Positions 26,501 through 40,793 of a DNA stretch of 64,000 nt are shown here, piece by piece. Below the pieces are notes generated by a model, which did no database searches, was not told where the DNA came from, and saw only the letters and a list, made by a program, of their open reading frames with translations. Origin of the DNA: Geosiphon pyriformis uo1 (taxonomy: Eukaryota > Fungi > Glomeromycota); NCBI GenBank assembly GCA_016748015.1, contig JAAOMT010000222.1:251924-315923 (forward strand), given 5' to 3'. Made by a program: the position numbers and the translations under genes. Position 1 is the stretch's first letter, and each line of letters opens with the position of its first letter.

Positions 26501-27908
26501 GGACCAAATAAACATGGGCAATTTGGACCCAGTCCAACGTATACAACTCAAGATGTTACTTAGCAGTTTCAGTGACATCTTTGCTAGTGAAAATAAATTT
26601 GGCAGAACTGATATCATCCAGCATTAGATCAAAACTGGAGATGCAATGTCAATCAAACAAAGAGCATATAGAGTACCACTGACCAGCCATGAGATTATTT
26701 ATCAAGAAATCAACTGAATGCTTGACAATGGGTTAATTCAGCCATTAATGAGTCCATGGTCATCACCAGTGGTACTGGTCCATAAAAAGAATGGAAAGAT
26801 TTGCTTTTGTGTGGATTACAGAAAGCTCAATGGAGTCATTTGTGGAGACAGTTATCCAACTCCAAGAATTTAAGAACTATTTGATGCTTTTGGTGGAAAG
26901 AAATGGTTTTCGACACTAGATCTGAATAGTGGCTATTGGCAAGTAGCCATGAAACCAGATGACAAAGAAAAAACAGCGTTCACCACCAGAGAAAGAAATT
27001 TTGAATTTGAAGTCATGCCATTCAGCTTAATAAATGTGCCAGCCACTTTTCAAAGGCTAATAGAGATCGTATACCAAGGCTTACTATGGAAATCAGTTGT
27101 GGTATACTTGGATGACACCAATGTATTTTCAGAAACATTTGACGACCATCTCTACCATTTACAACAGGTGTTTGAGAGACTAAGAAGAGCTGAATTGAAG
27201 TTAAATGCCAACAAATGTTTCTTCGGAAAAACAGAACTCCAATTTTTGGGACACGTGGTGAGCAGAGATAACATCAAAACAGACCCAGACAAGATTGAAA
27301 GAGTAAAGAATTTTCCAGAGCCAACAAATCTCAGAGAATTAAGAGCATTTTTGGGATTCGCTGGTTATTATTGTTGTTTCATCCAAAACTTCTCCAAAAT
27401 AGCCCAGCCACTAAATCAGCTGTTGACAAAGAACATTAAGTATGAGTGGACTGAAGCCCAACAAAAAGCATTCAACATACTAAGGAAGAAACTAATCCAA
27501 GCTCCAGTACTAATATACTCTGATTACAACAAGCCATTCATGATTACCACAGATGCATCAAGCCAAGCATTAGAAGCAGTATTGTCACAAAGAGGGCTGA
27601 ATAAAAGAGAACATCCAGTAGCTTATGCAAGCCGAGGTCTAACTCCAGCTGAGAGAAACTATGGAACACCAGCATTGGAATATTTGGCTATCTATTGGGC
27701 AGTAACCAAATGGAAAGAATACTTGAGCCAAAAATTTGAGGTGTACACTGATCACAAAAGATTGACATCAATCCAGAAACAAAAATTTGGGGACAGATGC
27801 CATACAAGATGGAAAATAGAGTTATCACCATTTAATTATATAGTACATTACAAAAAAGAAAAAGACAATAGAAATGCAGACAGATTGTCATAAATGAAAC
27901 AAATCTAA
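23531..27908 (+). pseudogene. E3 ORF1 remnant: N-terminal extension, [deletion], Cys-rich domain, dUTPase, RT, RNase H
   Basis: dUTPase AEFDL, SRNSLA, IVDAGY, KIAQ and FGSTG (25700-26075). RT VYLDD at ~27100 and RNase H TTDAS. Fragments 25422, 26424 and 26949 share a frame. TAA at 27906. Confidence 0.9.
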
Positions 27909-27970
27909 AAACATTTCAAACCAAAAATATAACAAAACCCAAAAGAATTCAAATGAAAATATAACAAAAG

Positions 27971-29350
27971 ATGGACATACAAAAATATCAACAACTCCAA
28001 CACTATATTAATATCCAACTGTTCAAGGAGAAATTATCTCAAAAGGAACAAAACCATATAAAACAACAATCAAAATATTTTATCACTTACCAAAATATAC
28101 TTTATTGGAAAAACAGAAAAGAACCCAATCAACCACTCAGAGTCATCACAGAGCCAGAAAAAAAGACAATATTGTACAACATATACTCAGATCCAACAAC
28201 AGGACATTTTCACAAAAAAGCCACAATGGAAAGAGCCAGAGAAAAATACTATTGGTCATTAATGTACCCAGACATCATCCAATATGTTCAAAATTGTGAT
28301 GCTTGTCAAAGAAAAGAAGAAACAAGACCCAGTGAACCATTAAAACCAATCAAAGTGGAACAACTATTTGATCGAATTGGAATTGACTTAGTAGGACCAT
28401 TGACAATCACCAGCAAAGGAAACAAATACATAGCAGTAGCCATAGACTATTTTATCAAATGGCCAGAAACAAAAGCAATTCAAAGAGCAGATGCAGAATC
28501 CGTTGCCAAATTTGTTCATCAAGATTTGATCTGTTGACATGAATGTCCAAAAGAATTACTTTCAGACCAAGGAACTTATTTTGTGAACAGAACATTAACA
28601 GAATTAAGCCAAAGATTCGGAATTAAGAGGACACTATCATCACCATACCATCCACAAACCAATGAATTAGTTGAAAGGTTTAACAGAACATTGTGTAAAA
28701 TGATAGCCAAACTGAGCCAAGAAAATCAAAATGATTAAGATTTGTTAATACCATCAGTATTATTTGCTTATCGGACAATGAAGCAAGATACTACACAAGC
28801 AACACCATTTGAGTTGGTATACAGTAGAACAGTGACACTACCAGTTGAGATAGAAGTCAAAACGTATCCAACAAAACCAATAACGGAAGACAATTTTCAA
28901 GAAACATTATTTAGAAGAACATATGACTTAATGAGAACTCTAGAAAACAAACGGTGAAGAGCAGCTGACAACATACAAAAGTCACAAGATAAACAAAAAG
29001 AAAGACACAATAATTAACTACTAGAAAAACTAGTTGAGTTCAAGATTGGAGACAAAGTACTTCTATATTGTACCAAAGTAGAAAAACAATGGAGCAGAAA
29101 ATTTGACCCCAAATAGGACAAACCATTTCACATAGAAGAAATTCTAAGAAATAGAGCTTATAAATTAAGATTAAACAACAAAATCTTGACCAAAGCAGCA
29201 CATGGAGATTGACTGAAACCATATTACCAAACATCAGCATCCACCAGTAATATTCTACAATTGGGAGTACAATGAATACTAGTCAAACCAGATGAGATTT
29301 CACGAGATCTAGAACCAATTATCATTATTAGTACCAACACATCAAATTAA
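27971..29350 (+). pseudogene. E3 integrase, separate ORF
   Basis: ATG GAC start, GH...CDAC zinc finger, IDLVGPL, SDQG and ELVERFNRTL. Single frame. Confidence 0.92.
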
Positions 29351-29375
29351 TTAACAAAAGAGCATATAAAAAGAC

Positions 29376-30038
29376 ATGGTTGACATGACAAAAAAAAGCC
29401 GAAAAATGGAAATCACAGACAACATTCACTCCTTAGCACAACAACTTTTTTAATTGATCCAACAACAAGAAATGGAGATTATAATCAATCAACAGACTAT
29501 TCAGTACAGAAACACAACAAAGAGACCACAACACAAAGTACGGAAAAAACCTGAGAATCTGATAAAAAAAATAATTACAAAAGTAAAATTGGCAATAAAA
29601 GAGCAATAAGTAGTCAGACAATACCAAGAGTTGACCAAAGAAACTTGGAATTGGTGAACCCAGCAATTTTCGAAAAACTACTGTTATTTCTACTTGGAAC
29701 AACATGTAGATATCCAGAATTTGTATATGAATAAAACAAAATGGTTGTTCAATAACACAATACTACAACAGTTGGAATCTTTTGTGGGGAAAAACAACTT
29801 ATCCACACAAGCCTGAGCCATTTACAGAATACATGCTGTATTTTAAGACTGGCCAAAAATCCTATTTGACAAAACAATGAATACTGTGACTATTAACCAA
29901 TGGGGCAAAATCACCAATGCCCAATTCGAAAAATTACAGACACAAATAATACAAATAATTTTAGAAAAAGAAATTCAAGAAATAGTACAAGAGGAGAAAT
30001 TAGAAAGATTAGAAAATTTTGATGGAGCTCAATATTAA
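29376..30038 (+). pseudogene. E3 ORF3, unknown ~210-220 aa protein
   Basis: In-frame ATGs at 29376 and 29406, no frameshift, about five transition-type stops. Ends NFDGAQY-TAA abutting the PPT. Confidence 0.8.
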
Positions 30039-30052
30039 AAAAGAGGAAATAA

Positions 30053-30953
30053 TGTTACTCATAAATTATAGGAATTATATTAAGATATAAATTAGCCAAT
30101 TAAAGTAGACATAGTAAATGTGGAATTCCAGGATTCCAGGAATTTCAGGATTCTTCATTAAGGAATCACAGGATTCCAGAAATTTCAGAATTCTCTGTTG
30201 AGGAATCGCAGGATTCCAGAATTCCAGAATTCTTCTCATCAAGAATTGCAGGATTCCAGGAATCCCAGGATTCCTATTGTGAAAAATTGAAGAATTGAAG
30301 AATTTTAATTATGTATATATAGGAATAGCATTAAAAGCAGAAAAGAACATTCAGTTTAGATTTAATCTAAGCAATCTTCCACATCACAAATATCAGATAA
30401 ATAATTATTCACTATCTCAAATTCATTCTCAACTATCAACATTTTATGTTGATAGTAGTGCATATTTAACTATACTAGAACAATAGCTCTTAATCATGGC
30501 TATTGACAGAATATGAATCAAAATTGTTTTGGCTTATTTGCTTTATTTCATTTTCTTTCTTTCTTTCTTTTCTTTTCTCTTCTGTCTTTATTTTTGTTGT
30601 TGTATACTAAATTGATTAAAAGCACTGAGTTATTAACATCACAGATAGCCTGGTAAAAGACCCAGAAATAAGGGTAGAATTTTATATATTATTGGATAGC
30701 TTACCAGAAGGGCATGACTATTAGAATAAATCTGGCCTTCACACTGAGAAAGAAATTGGACGGAATTGCAATTCCAAAGACTATTACAATTACAATTGAA
30801 TCTCTGTCTATTATACAAAGAACTTAACTAAAACCTTCAGATATCAAAACCTTCAGATTACCCATATCAACATCAACAGAAATCAATAGCTTTTGAGTAC
30901 CAAGTTATGGGTTTTGTTATTTATTCTCATGCCAGAAATAATTACCTGTAATA
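30053..30953 (+). repeat. 3' LTR of E3
   Basis: TGTTACTC...CCTGTAATA followed by TSD ATGG. Confidence 0.95.
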
Positions 30954-32424
30954 ATGGTTTAAAATCTTTTAAACAAATACAAGCTAAGAGTAAGACTGCT
31001 TTTATGTTGTGTTTTTTAAGTTTTTGGTTATCTCTTTGCTTATAGGTCTTTGGATCTACAAGTTTTAAGTTGGTCTTTTGTACATCTTTTGCAGACTCTT
31101 ATCAGGTTGAAAATCAGCCCAGTTAACAATTTTTTGGCAGATATGATTAAGATTTTTTTGAACTATAACATATCTCTTGATGTTGGTGTTTTTTCTGCAT
31201 TTTGGTTTTCAGGTGATACTCCTATGTCTTTTGTTCTAGAAAACTCAATGTTCCATGATGTTTTTGGGTCACTTAGAAGATTTGGTATTGCTTTTGTTGA
31301 ACAATTATATAATAAAAAAGGGTCGATTTTTTATTAGAAGAGATTCCATCAATAAAAGCAACTTGATTTTAGGGGCCTGGTCTCTTTTTGATTCAAGCTG
31401 GCTAGTGATTATTTGGCCAATGCTTCTTTCTGTTCTGTTGCTCAGTTTTCCAGCAATGAGTCTTGGTTCTTGAATGTTTATGGTTCTAATAATTTTTCTG
31501 CAATGTGATGAAATTTTTTTAATGCTAGTTTGGATGTTATTAATGTTTACACAAATAGGTCTTTAAGGAACTTGGGTACATGTAAAATAAAGTGTGATGT
31601 GGCCATGTTTTTTCTGATTTGGATGTAGGTATTAGAGTCAAGGTTGGTGGTCTGATGTTTTCTACAATAACAGAATTACAGGCAATTGCTCTGGCTTTGG
31701 AGTGTGTTCCAGTTTGCAGTGCCATCAGGATATATTCAGACAGCCAAGCTGCACTGGATGCTTGTACTAAAGAGTTGAAATTGGTTTTGCCAGACTTTTA
31801 CAATAGTTGCTAAATAGAAAAACATTATGTTGTAAATTTAATTAGAAGTAAAGGGCTAAGTATGTCTTGGAATAAAGTCAAAGAACATTCAGGTATAATA
31901 AGTAATGAGTGTACTAATAAGCTAGCTGATTTGGCTTCATGTTTGAATTTGGTTTTTTTTGTTCAGGTCAATGTAAAAAGTATTAGTACTGGTAGGGTAG
32001 TGGTGTCTGGTAATGTTCATCATTTTGTTTAGGATGTTTTTAGAGCTGTTTATCATGGACAATAGAAGGTTAAATCTGAGTTTAATATTGTTGATACAAA
32101 TATAAAAAAAAACATAAATTGAATTTAAACTGCCTCAATCTGGCATCTTAACTCACATATGGCAGCTGGTTACATGAGTAAACCCACTGCTGATTTGCAC
32201 TTGTATTTTATGAAAGCTCTATATTGTTGTCTGCTAGTTGTTATTTAAAAGCATTTGTATGATAAAAGATATCTCAGTATAACATGTCTTTATTGCAGAG
32301 AGATAGAAACTTCTGACTATTTTTTCATGTGTCTATTTGATTTTGGTGTTTGTAAGGACCTACTTGATATGAGTTCAGTTGAGTAGAAGGTTATGTTGAG
32401 TTTGAGTTTACTATCATTTTGCAT

Positions 32425-33213
32425 TATTACAAGTAATTATTTGGGTCTTAAATCAAATAACAAACCCGTAACTTGGTGCTAATTTGCTTGATGACATTGG
32501 TAATATCAGTAGGTTGTTTGAATTTGAAGGTTTTAATTGTCTAAAAGTTTTGGTTGAGTTCTTTGTATAATGGACAAAGATTTAATGGTTGTTTTCAGTA
32601 GTCTCCCAGAATCGCAATTCTATCAATTTTTTTAACTTGGTGGCTGGCAATTTTCTGGTAAGCAATCTGTATTTCTTATATGTTTTACCCACTTGCAGAG
32701 GTTTTTACCAGGCAATCTTTGACATTAATAACTCAGCACTTATTTTTTAATCAATTAGTTAACAACAAAAATAACAAAAATAAAATAAAATAAAATAAAA
32801 TAAAAGAAAAAAGTAAGCCAAAACAATAAATATTAATATCTCATCAATAGCTGTAATCAAAAGCTATTGTTCCAATGTGGTTAAGTATCAGTTACTATCA
32901 ACATGAAGTATTGATAGTAGAGAGTGAATTGAGATAACAAATAATTATTTATTGATATTTGTGAATTAGAATGTTGTTTAGATAAAATCTAAATGAAAAG
33001 ATCTGTTTTTTTTATTTTTAATGCTACTACTATATATATATAATTGAGATTCTTCAATTCCTTAATTTTTCACATCAAGAATCTTGGAATTCTTAGAATT
33101 CTGCAATTTCTTTAAAAGAAATCCTGGAATTTTAGAATCCTGCAATTTTTTATACAAGAATCTTAAAATTTCTGGAATTCTGCAATTCCTTTAAGAGGAA
33201 TTCTGGAATTCCA
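32425..33213 (-). repeat. Truncated LTR, E4 subfamily, inside LINE B
   Basis: Reverse complement of 61212-62050. The 3' end is intact (flank GCAT). The first ~70 bp and adjacent LINE sequence are missing, so there is no second TSD. Confidence 0.88.
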
Positions 33214-34049
33214 ATTGCACATGATGGTTTGATATCTCCTGTAGTACATAGTCTTCTGACCTTGCTCTTTGATAGTATTGTTAAGTTGTTTAGAATCACA
33301 AAGATACATGGTGTCAATTTTGGTTTTTATAAGCTCTACAGTTTTTTTTCTGGTACTAATAGTGTTGTAACTGTTATTATAAATTCATAATGTTGTTCTA
33401 ATTGGTCTAAGTGGCTGATTACATGTAGAAAATGCATAATTTGCACCTAGTTTAGATCACATAATTTGATGTATTGTATTAGATAGCTTTTGAACCTTAC
33501 TCATAAAATATTAAAAAAAAAAAAGATTATATAATAATAAAATTAATTAAAAAAAAATTTAACTTCAAAAAGTGAATTAAATTGGTAAAAATTCAATATA
33601 TAAAATTAAGTTTATAAATATTTCAGTTGCTAATCTTTTCAAAAATAACAAAAAATTTAAAAATAAAAAAATAGTCTATACTATTAACAAAAAATAACAT
33701 ACTAATATAATTTTATGTTTTATGTTAATGTTCTTAGAATTTAGGTATTAATTGTATTTTTTAGTAATATTTATTTAATAATTTTTAAAACTAATAATTA
33801 CATATAAATACTAATAAGTAATTTTTTATTTACAGATGTTTAGATATTTGAAAAAATTAGAAAAAAAAAATAAGTAAATTAAAAAGAATTAAATATTTTA
33901 AAATAATTTTTATTACTTTAATTTGTATATATTAAATATATTAAATATGCTTTTTTATAGCTAAAAAATTTATTACTTATATAGTTATTCAAAATAGTTA
34001 ATAATTAATCATTGATTATTTTTTAAAAATAAAATGGCTAATTATATAA

Positions 34050-37000
34050 TATTTTTTTTTTATGATTTAATAAATGCTGTTTAACTACTATCTAAGTATA
34101 TAAGATCAAACAAAATCTTAAATTAAGTGTAGCTTATGTTTTTTTACACATGACCAGCCATTTGGGCCAATTAAGACAGCACTATACATCTAACTTATTC
34201 ATCAAAAGAACATTATTCAAAAAACTGAAATTTAATCTAAACAAACAAAATTGTAATCCAAAACAAACATATATATCCAATTTAACACCAAAACTGTGAA
34301 CCACTCTTGGAAACCATAAAGATAACAAACCAGACACTGAAGAAATAATGAACCTATTTTAAGACAAAAAATTATGTTTCTTATAGTAAGATCTTAACTT
34401 GGTTGTGAGCAGCCAAATAGCAGATTTGTAACTCTTAGCAAGACTATAAACAAAATTAATAACCAATATATTATCATTAAAACCAGTGCTCATATGACAT
34501 ACTGTCTTAGTCATTCAATTTTTCAATACAAATTTCTTAGCCAGCACTATATACAAACTAATAGACAACCTAACTTTATATAGAGTTTAAATAATCACAT
34601 CTTTTTTAATAGACATATTTAATAATTTTTTCTATTTTACAGCAGCTTTTAACAATAACACTTTCTTAGCTTTATTATTATATGAACATGAAAAAACATA
34701 ATCAAAATCTTTCAATTTTTCATATCTAATACAGATCACATTTAGATATTTTGGATTATACAATCTTTTTCTCTTAGTTACTAATAAGTGATAGTGTAAT
34801 GTCTTTATAAAATATGATTGAAGCACTGCCAACAATAAGCTGGTGTAATTAAAGTAAACTTTGCCATCAAAGTACCAAACACCAAAAGTTTTGGTCATAT
34901 CAAAACTGTTACAAATACTCAAATTTACAGCACTATTAACACAGTTGGATTTTCACTCAACAAAATTAATTGCATTAAACAAGCTTTTAACAAAGTAACA
35001 AGTATTCTTAAAAACAGATCTGTCTTTAATACTAAAGAAATAACATAACATTACAAAAGGTAAAATTAATCTAGAAACAGCAGCAGTATTAGCATAGAAA
35101 TCAGTGTATTTGTTTTCAACAACACCAAAATAGTCCTTAACTTTATTTCAACTGATCAACAGACACTTTTTTAAAATAACTTGATGAATATGTTCTTTTT
35201 TTATTCAGCATTTACTGTGGAAATTGGAATCAGACACAACACTGTTAACACTACACATATCTAAAAAAGCTTGGCTGTTTATAAACAAAACAACTGAGCT
35301 AAGAACAGGCACACAGTTCAAAGCAAAAATGATGATCTAAAGTTTTACCAAAGTTAAGGACAGCAGACTATTTACATTGACTCTAATACTTATATTAATA
35401 CTTGAAAAATAAGCAACAGCACCATTACAAATACCTACTGACCCTAAATTTTTGATAAAACCATTTATGTAAATGTTTATAAAACTCAGCCTAAAATCTA
35501 ACAAATATTCTCAAACATACTTAAGATCACAAGAGTCATCTATAAAGGCAACACAAAAAAAATCCAGTATCACACAACTTGCCAAACCACTTTTCTTAAT
35601 AAACCTAACCAGCAAACTAAACCATATAGGAATTAGGCCTCTAAAATCCAGTCTCTTCCATCTGCAAAAATTATTCTATGTAAAGCACATGTTTTGATGG
35701 TTCAATAACTGGTTTACAAATATGATGTCATATCACTTAAGAGATTTTATCACATCCAAATAACTTTTTAAGCTTAGCATATCCAAGACAACAATACTAT
35801 TCTTAGTCCAAAAAACATTAGGCAAATCACCATTTAAAAAAAGATTGCACAACAAAAAAGTACACATTGCACTAACAAAAAAGCAATTCACATGATCAAT
35901 TAGCAATTTGACCAAAACTTAAAGAGAATATTAAGACATCCAGCTAGCAGTCTGTAGATCTATTGCTTTGTACTTAAACAAACTGCCAAGAATTTTATCA
36001 GCATTAGCAAAATTAACCAAGCCAGCCACTAGATTTTTAAAAAGCACTTGTTTAAAAGTTCTTAAGCCATACAACTCAGAATAGTACAATGCTTGATTTG
36101 AAAAATTCTTGGGCAGATTAGCCTTAAGTTTTAAATTTTTCCTTAATACTCTGTCTCATTTTTCATACACACTTTTTGATACATAACTGAATTGCATCCT
36201 ATAACCAATTATGGGCTACAAAACAACAAATACCAAGTACAGAAACTGTTTTTTAGTAATGGCCTATCTTAAAATTACATTCAAAAAGAACTTAATATTA
36301 GAATAAGCTTTAATAAGACTTAGTTTAAAAAGATTATCAGTTGACAGAAAAATTCTTAGATATCTATGAAACTTATATTTCTTAACTACTAAGATTTTTG
36401 AATCACTAATAAACAGTAAAGCTACTTTGGCTCTTTGATTGATAAAAATAGCAATAGTTTTATCTGTATTAATCAAAATATTATTAATTAAAAAGAATTT
36501 ACTTGTAATATTCAAGATAAATTGTGTGGCCAATATGTAATTCTCAACCCAAATAGTATTATTAATGAAGACACTTACAGCAAAGAAAGAAGTTTTGTTA
36601 TTTCTAAGATCAAATTTGCCAGTCTTGGTAAAGAGCTTTAAACTTATTCTGTAGTTATACAAATGCTTAAGCCTCTTAACTTCACAAAGCAAAGAGTTAT
36701 AAAAATTTTTTCACAACAGTGGTAAGAAAACTTTCTTTTGATTCAAACTATTATGCACAATATAACTATTTGTAAGCCCAAAATCTGTTATAATCTAATT
36801 AAACCAATTGTTATATATACTCCTAAAAAATTCAATAAAATAAGGGCATATCTTGATCTTAACTAAGCTGTTATGCAAATAGAACCAACCAACAAAATTG
36901 TATGTCTTCTACATATCTTGAAGAATTAGCTACAGTTTTTTGTCTTTTTCTAATACATCTTCAATTATTGAATTAACTGCAAAGATCAAAGTTTAAGTAG

Positions 37001-40000
37001 ATGTACCCTTTAAAACTGAAAAGTTGTTCCTATACAAAACATCAAATTTACTATAAACTGAAAAAATTCTATCTGAGAAAATCTTGGACAAAATTTTTCA
37101 AGCAGTCTTAATTAGGGCAATTGGCTTAGTATTAGTAAAAATTCTTTTCCAGTCATATAATTTAAGTATTATAGAAACCCAAGCCTTCTTCTATTGCACA
37201 AAAATTGTATTTAACAATAAGCACACATTGAAAATGTTTAATAGACCACCAAAAATCTGCATATTATCATGTTTCCAAAGCTTATTAAGAATATCAAAAA
37301 GTCTAGTAGCTTTCTTATTAAGTAGATCTTTAACCACCAGCAAAAACTTATCAAACTTAATATTACACATTACTTTCAAGAAAGTATCATTCCTAATATA
37401 ATTAAGAGGACCATATTAACTAAACCAATAGTTAGATATGGCATTAAGCACCACCTGTTTTTTGGTCTAACTTTCTATAATATTATCAACTGCAGATTTG
37501 ATCTTATGCAGCTCTAGAACCAGCTTATCATTAATAATCAAATAATCAAGGATTACCTTCCAAAATAGACAATCCAAGATACTCTTAATTATTTTTTCTT
37601 TATTTGTACAAAAGTTTTCTATGTGTTTCTTTATAACCTTTTTAATAGAATTATTTTTGACAACCTTCAATTCATAGTACTTAAATTTATGATATTTTTT
37701 CTTGACTCCTGACATGTAGCACAAAATTTCATCTACACATTTACTATTATTAATTATGATATGTAATTTGGAAGCTTTCACATTATTAATTATAGACCAA
37801 ATACCAATAAAACAATTAATGTTCGAATTATAAGCTAAGCCCAAACTTTTTACTATCTTGGCCACCAACAATTCCAGTTTGAAAAACTTTGAAGACAGCC
37901 TATTTTTAGAACAGTCAATCTTACTAAACCAACTTTTGAAAAACACTTTATTAACAGAACTCATTACTATCTCCTTTAGAATATTTCACATAATATCTAG
38001 AATGTCCCCATTTTTTGTGCTATTAAACTCACCCATTTTCCCCAAAAATCTGCTTAAAAAGTATTCTCCAAACTAGAACTACTTATTATTATCAACATTT
38101 TTGATCATAAATTTCTATTTATCTTTATTAACCTGCTTATAAGCTTATTAAGATAAGTATCTAAAAGCTCTCTTAGACCAATTGATACCATAACAGTCTT
38201 GTAATCTATATCAAAAAAGTCAAACACAGAATCAATCCTATAATCAACCACTACAAAAACTAGATTTTAATTTACAAAAATGAAATTAAGAACCTTTTTA
38301 ACACTCTTAAAGATGTTTCAAGTAAAAATCTTGGCTAATAAATGTTCATAAAATAAGTTGATCAATTTCAGCTCTATACAAAACTTGAAATTCACACTTT
38401 TTCTCAAATTATTTTTATTGAAATTTCCTCCTAATACCACAAAAGTATTGGAGTTGACTGTTTTGGCAATAAAAAAATTGATCTAATGTCTGACCAAATC
38501 TTGTATCAGTAAAAACACCAGCATACAGACCCAAAATTATAACTGACAATTTTTCTTTAAACAAAAGTCTTACAGAAATAATTTGATCTGGAATCTTCAC
38601 TACTTTAGACATATATTGTGCAAAAAAATTGTTCATAATAATAGCCACTCCAGTACTAAAAAACTCCCTATTCAATCCAGATGTGAAAACCTATATCCTA
38701 TTAAATTTGCTTATAATTTAAGGCCTAATATTATACTTCAATTTTGTTTCAGTAATAATTGAAACCATATTACCAGATTTTAAATATTATTGTACAATAT
38801 TCTCTTGCTTGGCTAAGACATTGAGACTATAAACATTGCATGTAGCAAACTTCCATATCAGATTTGTTATTGAAGAAAGAGATTTTTTGCACCCAAGCTA
38901 AAATTATCTATCTTGGCTATTAGATTTATAATAATAATCAACAAATTGTTTATATTTTTTTCCAATTTAGAAATGAACACTTGATTAAAAACTACTATTT
39001 CTACAACAATCTTGCCATTAATAATCACATTTAAATTCTTACTCATTACTATATTTGCCCCTTGATTCTGTGATGAAAGAGTTATCAATGGCTGATATTT
39101 AAGACTAAACTGGGAAACTATTGGCCCAAGTGCATTTAACTTCTTAGTTAGCTTAATGATTTGCTTTATGAGGCTGTTGAAACTGTGCTCAAAAGCAGCA
39201 AAGCTATTATCTAATTCCACAAACACCAGTGGAATAGGCTTTATTTTTGAAGAAAAGCCAGAACCAACTAAATTATTTCATGTGAGAAGAGGAAGGAAAT
39301 AGAATCTATCAACTATCTTGGCCTAAAAAGCACTACCAAAAGAAACAAGATAAGTGATTGGTGTTAAATATTTAGCATAGATAAATACCAGTTTGCTTTT
39401 ATCTTTTTTTGATAATATTTTATGAGATAAACCATTAGAAAAAGTTTTCTCATCTACAGAACAGCCCAATAATATATAACCAAATTTCTTATACTTGGCA
39501 TATTTGGCAAAACTCAGATGTGACTAGCATAGATTAACACTTTTAAACACTAGTGTAGTTCTCATAATAGCATTTAATGACTTAGCAGAATTAAAGCAAA
39601 TAATAACACATTTGGCTTGAACATATAAAACTGAATGATAATTAATAACACATGTTTTCTTATTAACAGAGCCAATAAAATCTTATATATTGTGAATATT
39701 AGTTCCTATTAACAGAATATAAAGCAGTGTTCTATGAAAATTCTTTATGTTTCATGTTTTCTTGTCCAAATTTGCTCTGACAATTTACACAGCATTTTTT
39801 CTGATTAAGATAAATTATTTTGCTGTAATCAAATTAATATGATTTAGATATTTAAACTCCATTATAGCTTTTTGCCACAGTCTCACCAATTGTATGTTGA
39901 TTAACTTAATCACTTTAAACTTAGACAGTACAGCATGTACAGTCTTAGTTGACATTCTAATAGGGATTTTTTTCACAATTACAGCCCAATCTGAATGTTT

Positions 40001-40793
40001 AACAGGTTTTTTGAGATTAATGTTCACCAAAATTTTTACCATTCTTATCATATTAGAAGTTTGGTTCAAACTTGATTCAGAAGTAAATGTTACTTTGATG
40101 ATCTCAGCAAATTTTGAAAAAGTAAAGACTCTTCCAAATTCATTGACTTTTGAAAACAATTTCTTAATCATTACAAGCTTTTCTTAAACAGACTTTTCAG
40201 ATACTTTAACCAAATCAATATGCAAAGTGAAAGACTTTCTAATAAAAACAACAACCAGATTTTTTAAGAGAAAAGAAAGAGTTAACATCTAACAAAATAT
40301 TATTGTCATTATCATCACTCAGAAAATTTATTTTGCTTAATGGTTTTTTCAATGCTTTTTTGGTTTTAATACATGAGTTTTTTGGCATTTGGTCAACATC
40401 TTTGTCATTAAAAGTGGTTCTACTATCATAATCAAAACTGGTTTCTTTATTCAAACACTCCTTTTCCATATCAACACTATTAAATTCAGTGGTATTACCA
40501 GCTTTTGAATTCCAAGAATGATTACCTAACACTTTAACAAAAACTTCTTTAGTCTTAATATTATCTTTCAAAGTATCATTTTTTTTTTTTTTAACAGCAC
40601 AGATTTGAAACCAATAGCTAACCAGAATTTTTAACAGCCTTTCTTATAACAGCAATATTAAAGCTAACAATAACCTCCTAATTAAGCAAAAACAGTTTGG
40701 ATTTATTATACTGAATAGTAAAAAACTTCTTTTAAAAAACTTTTATGACTTTTTTTTGGATATTTTGGGTAAAGAAGAGAAATAAGTTTTTTT
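34050..40793 (-). mobile_element. LINE copy C, near full length, decayed
   Basis: ORF1 ends at 38867. ORF2 ~38870-34182 has APE (FATCNV), RT and RNase H remnants. The 5' UTR matches copy B and the conserved 3' UTR motif lies at ~34135-34172. Confidence 0.92.

Larger units (their letters stand above)
22603..30953 (+). mobile_element. Ty3/Gypsy LTR retrotransposon E3 (family A), with internal deletion of capsid, CCHC and protease
   Basis: LTRs 22603-23468 and 30053-30953, TSD ATGG (22599-22602 and 30954-30957), PBS at 23471, PPT at 30037-30049. Removal restores LINE ORF2 HYPFLYGLKSF. Confidence 0.97.
16845..33525 (+). mobile_element. LINE copy B (ORF1; ORF2 APE-RT-RNaseH-Cys), carrying three nested LTR insertions
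   Basis: ORF1 ~16926-19768. ORF2 starts at 19765 with ATCNVR, RDFN and FNTDY (APE), LQDMQK and AFVDN (RT), then ELQAIALALE and YSDSQAAL (RNase H) after E3. 3' UTR and A-tail at ~33391-33525. Ends are approximate. Confidence 0.92.

Noticed and set aside
30174-30186. Perfect heat-shock element TTCcaGAAatTTC in the LTR
   Set aside because: Sister units read TTCCAGGAATT, so the match is probably produced by a G>A change and is not conserved in the 5' LTR.
30121-30275. GGAATTCC repeats as a CRISPR array
   Set aside because: They are degenerate tandem units with no unique spacers, lie inside LTRs in a eukaryotic context, and have no cas genes nearby.
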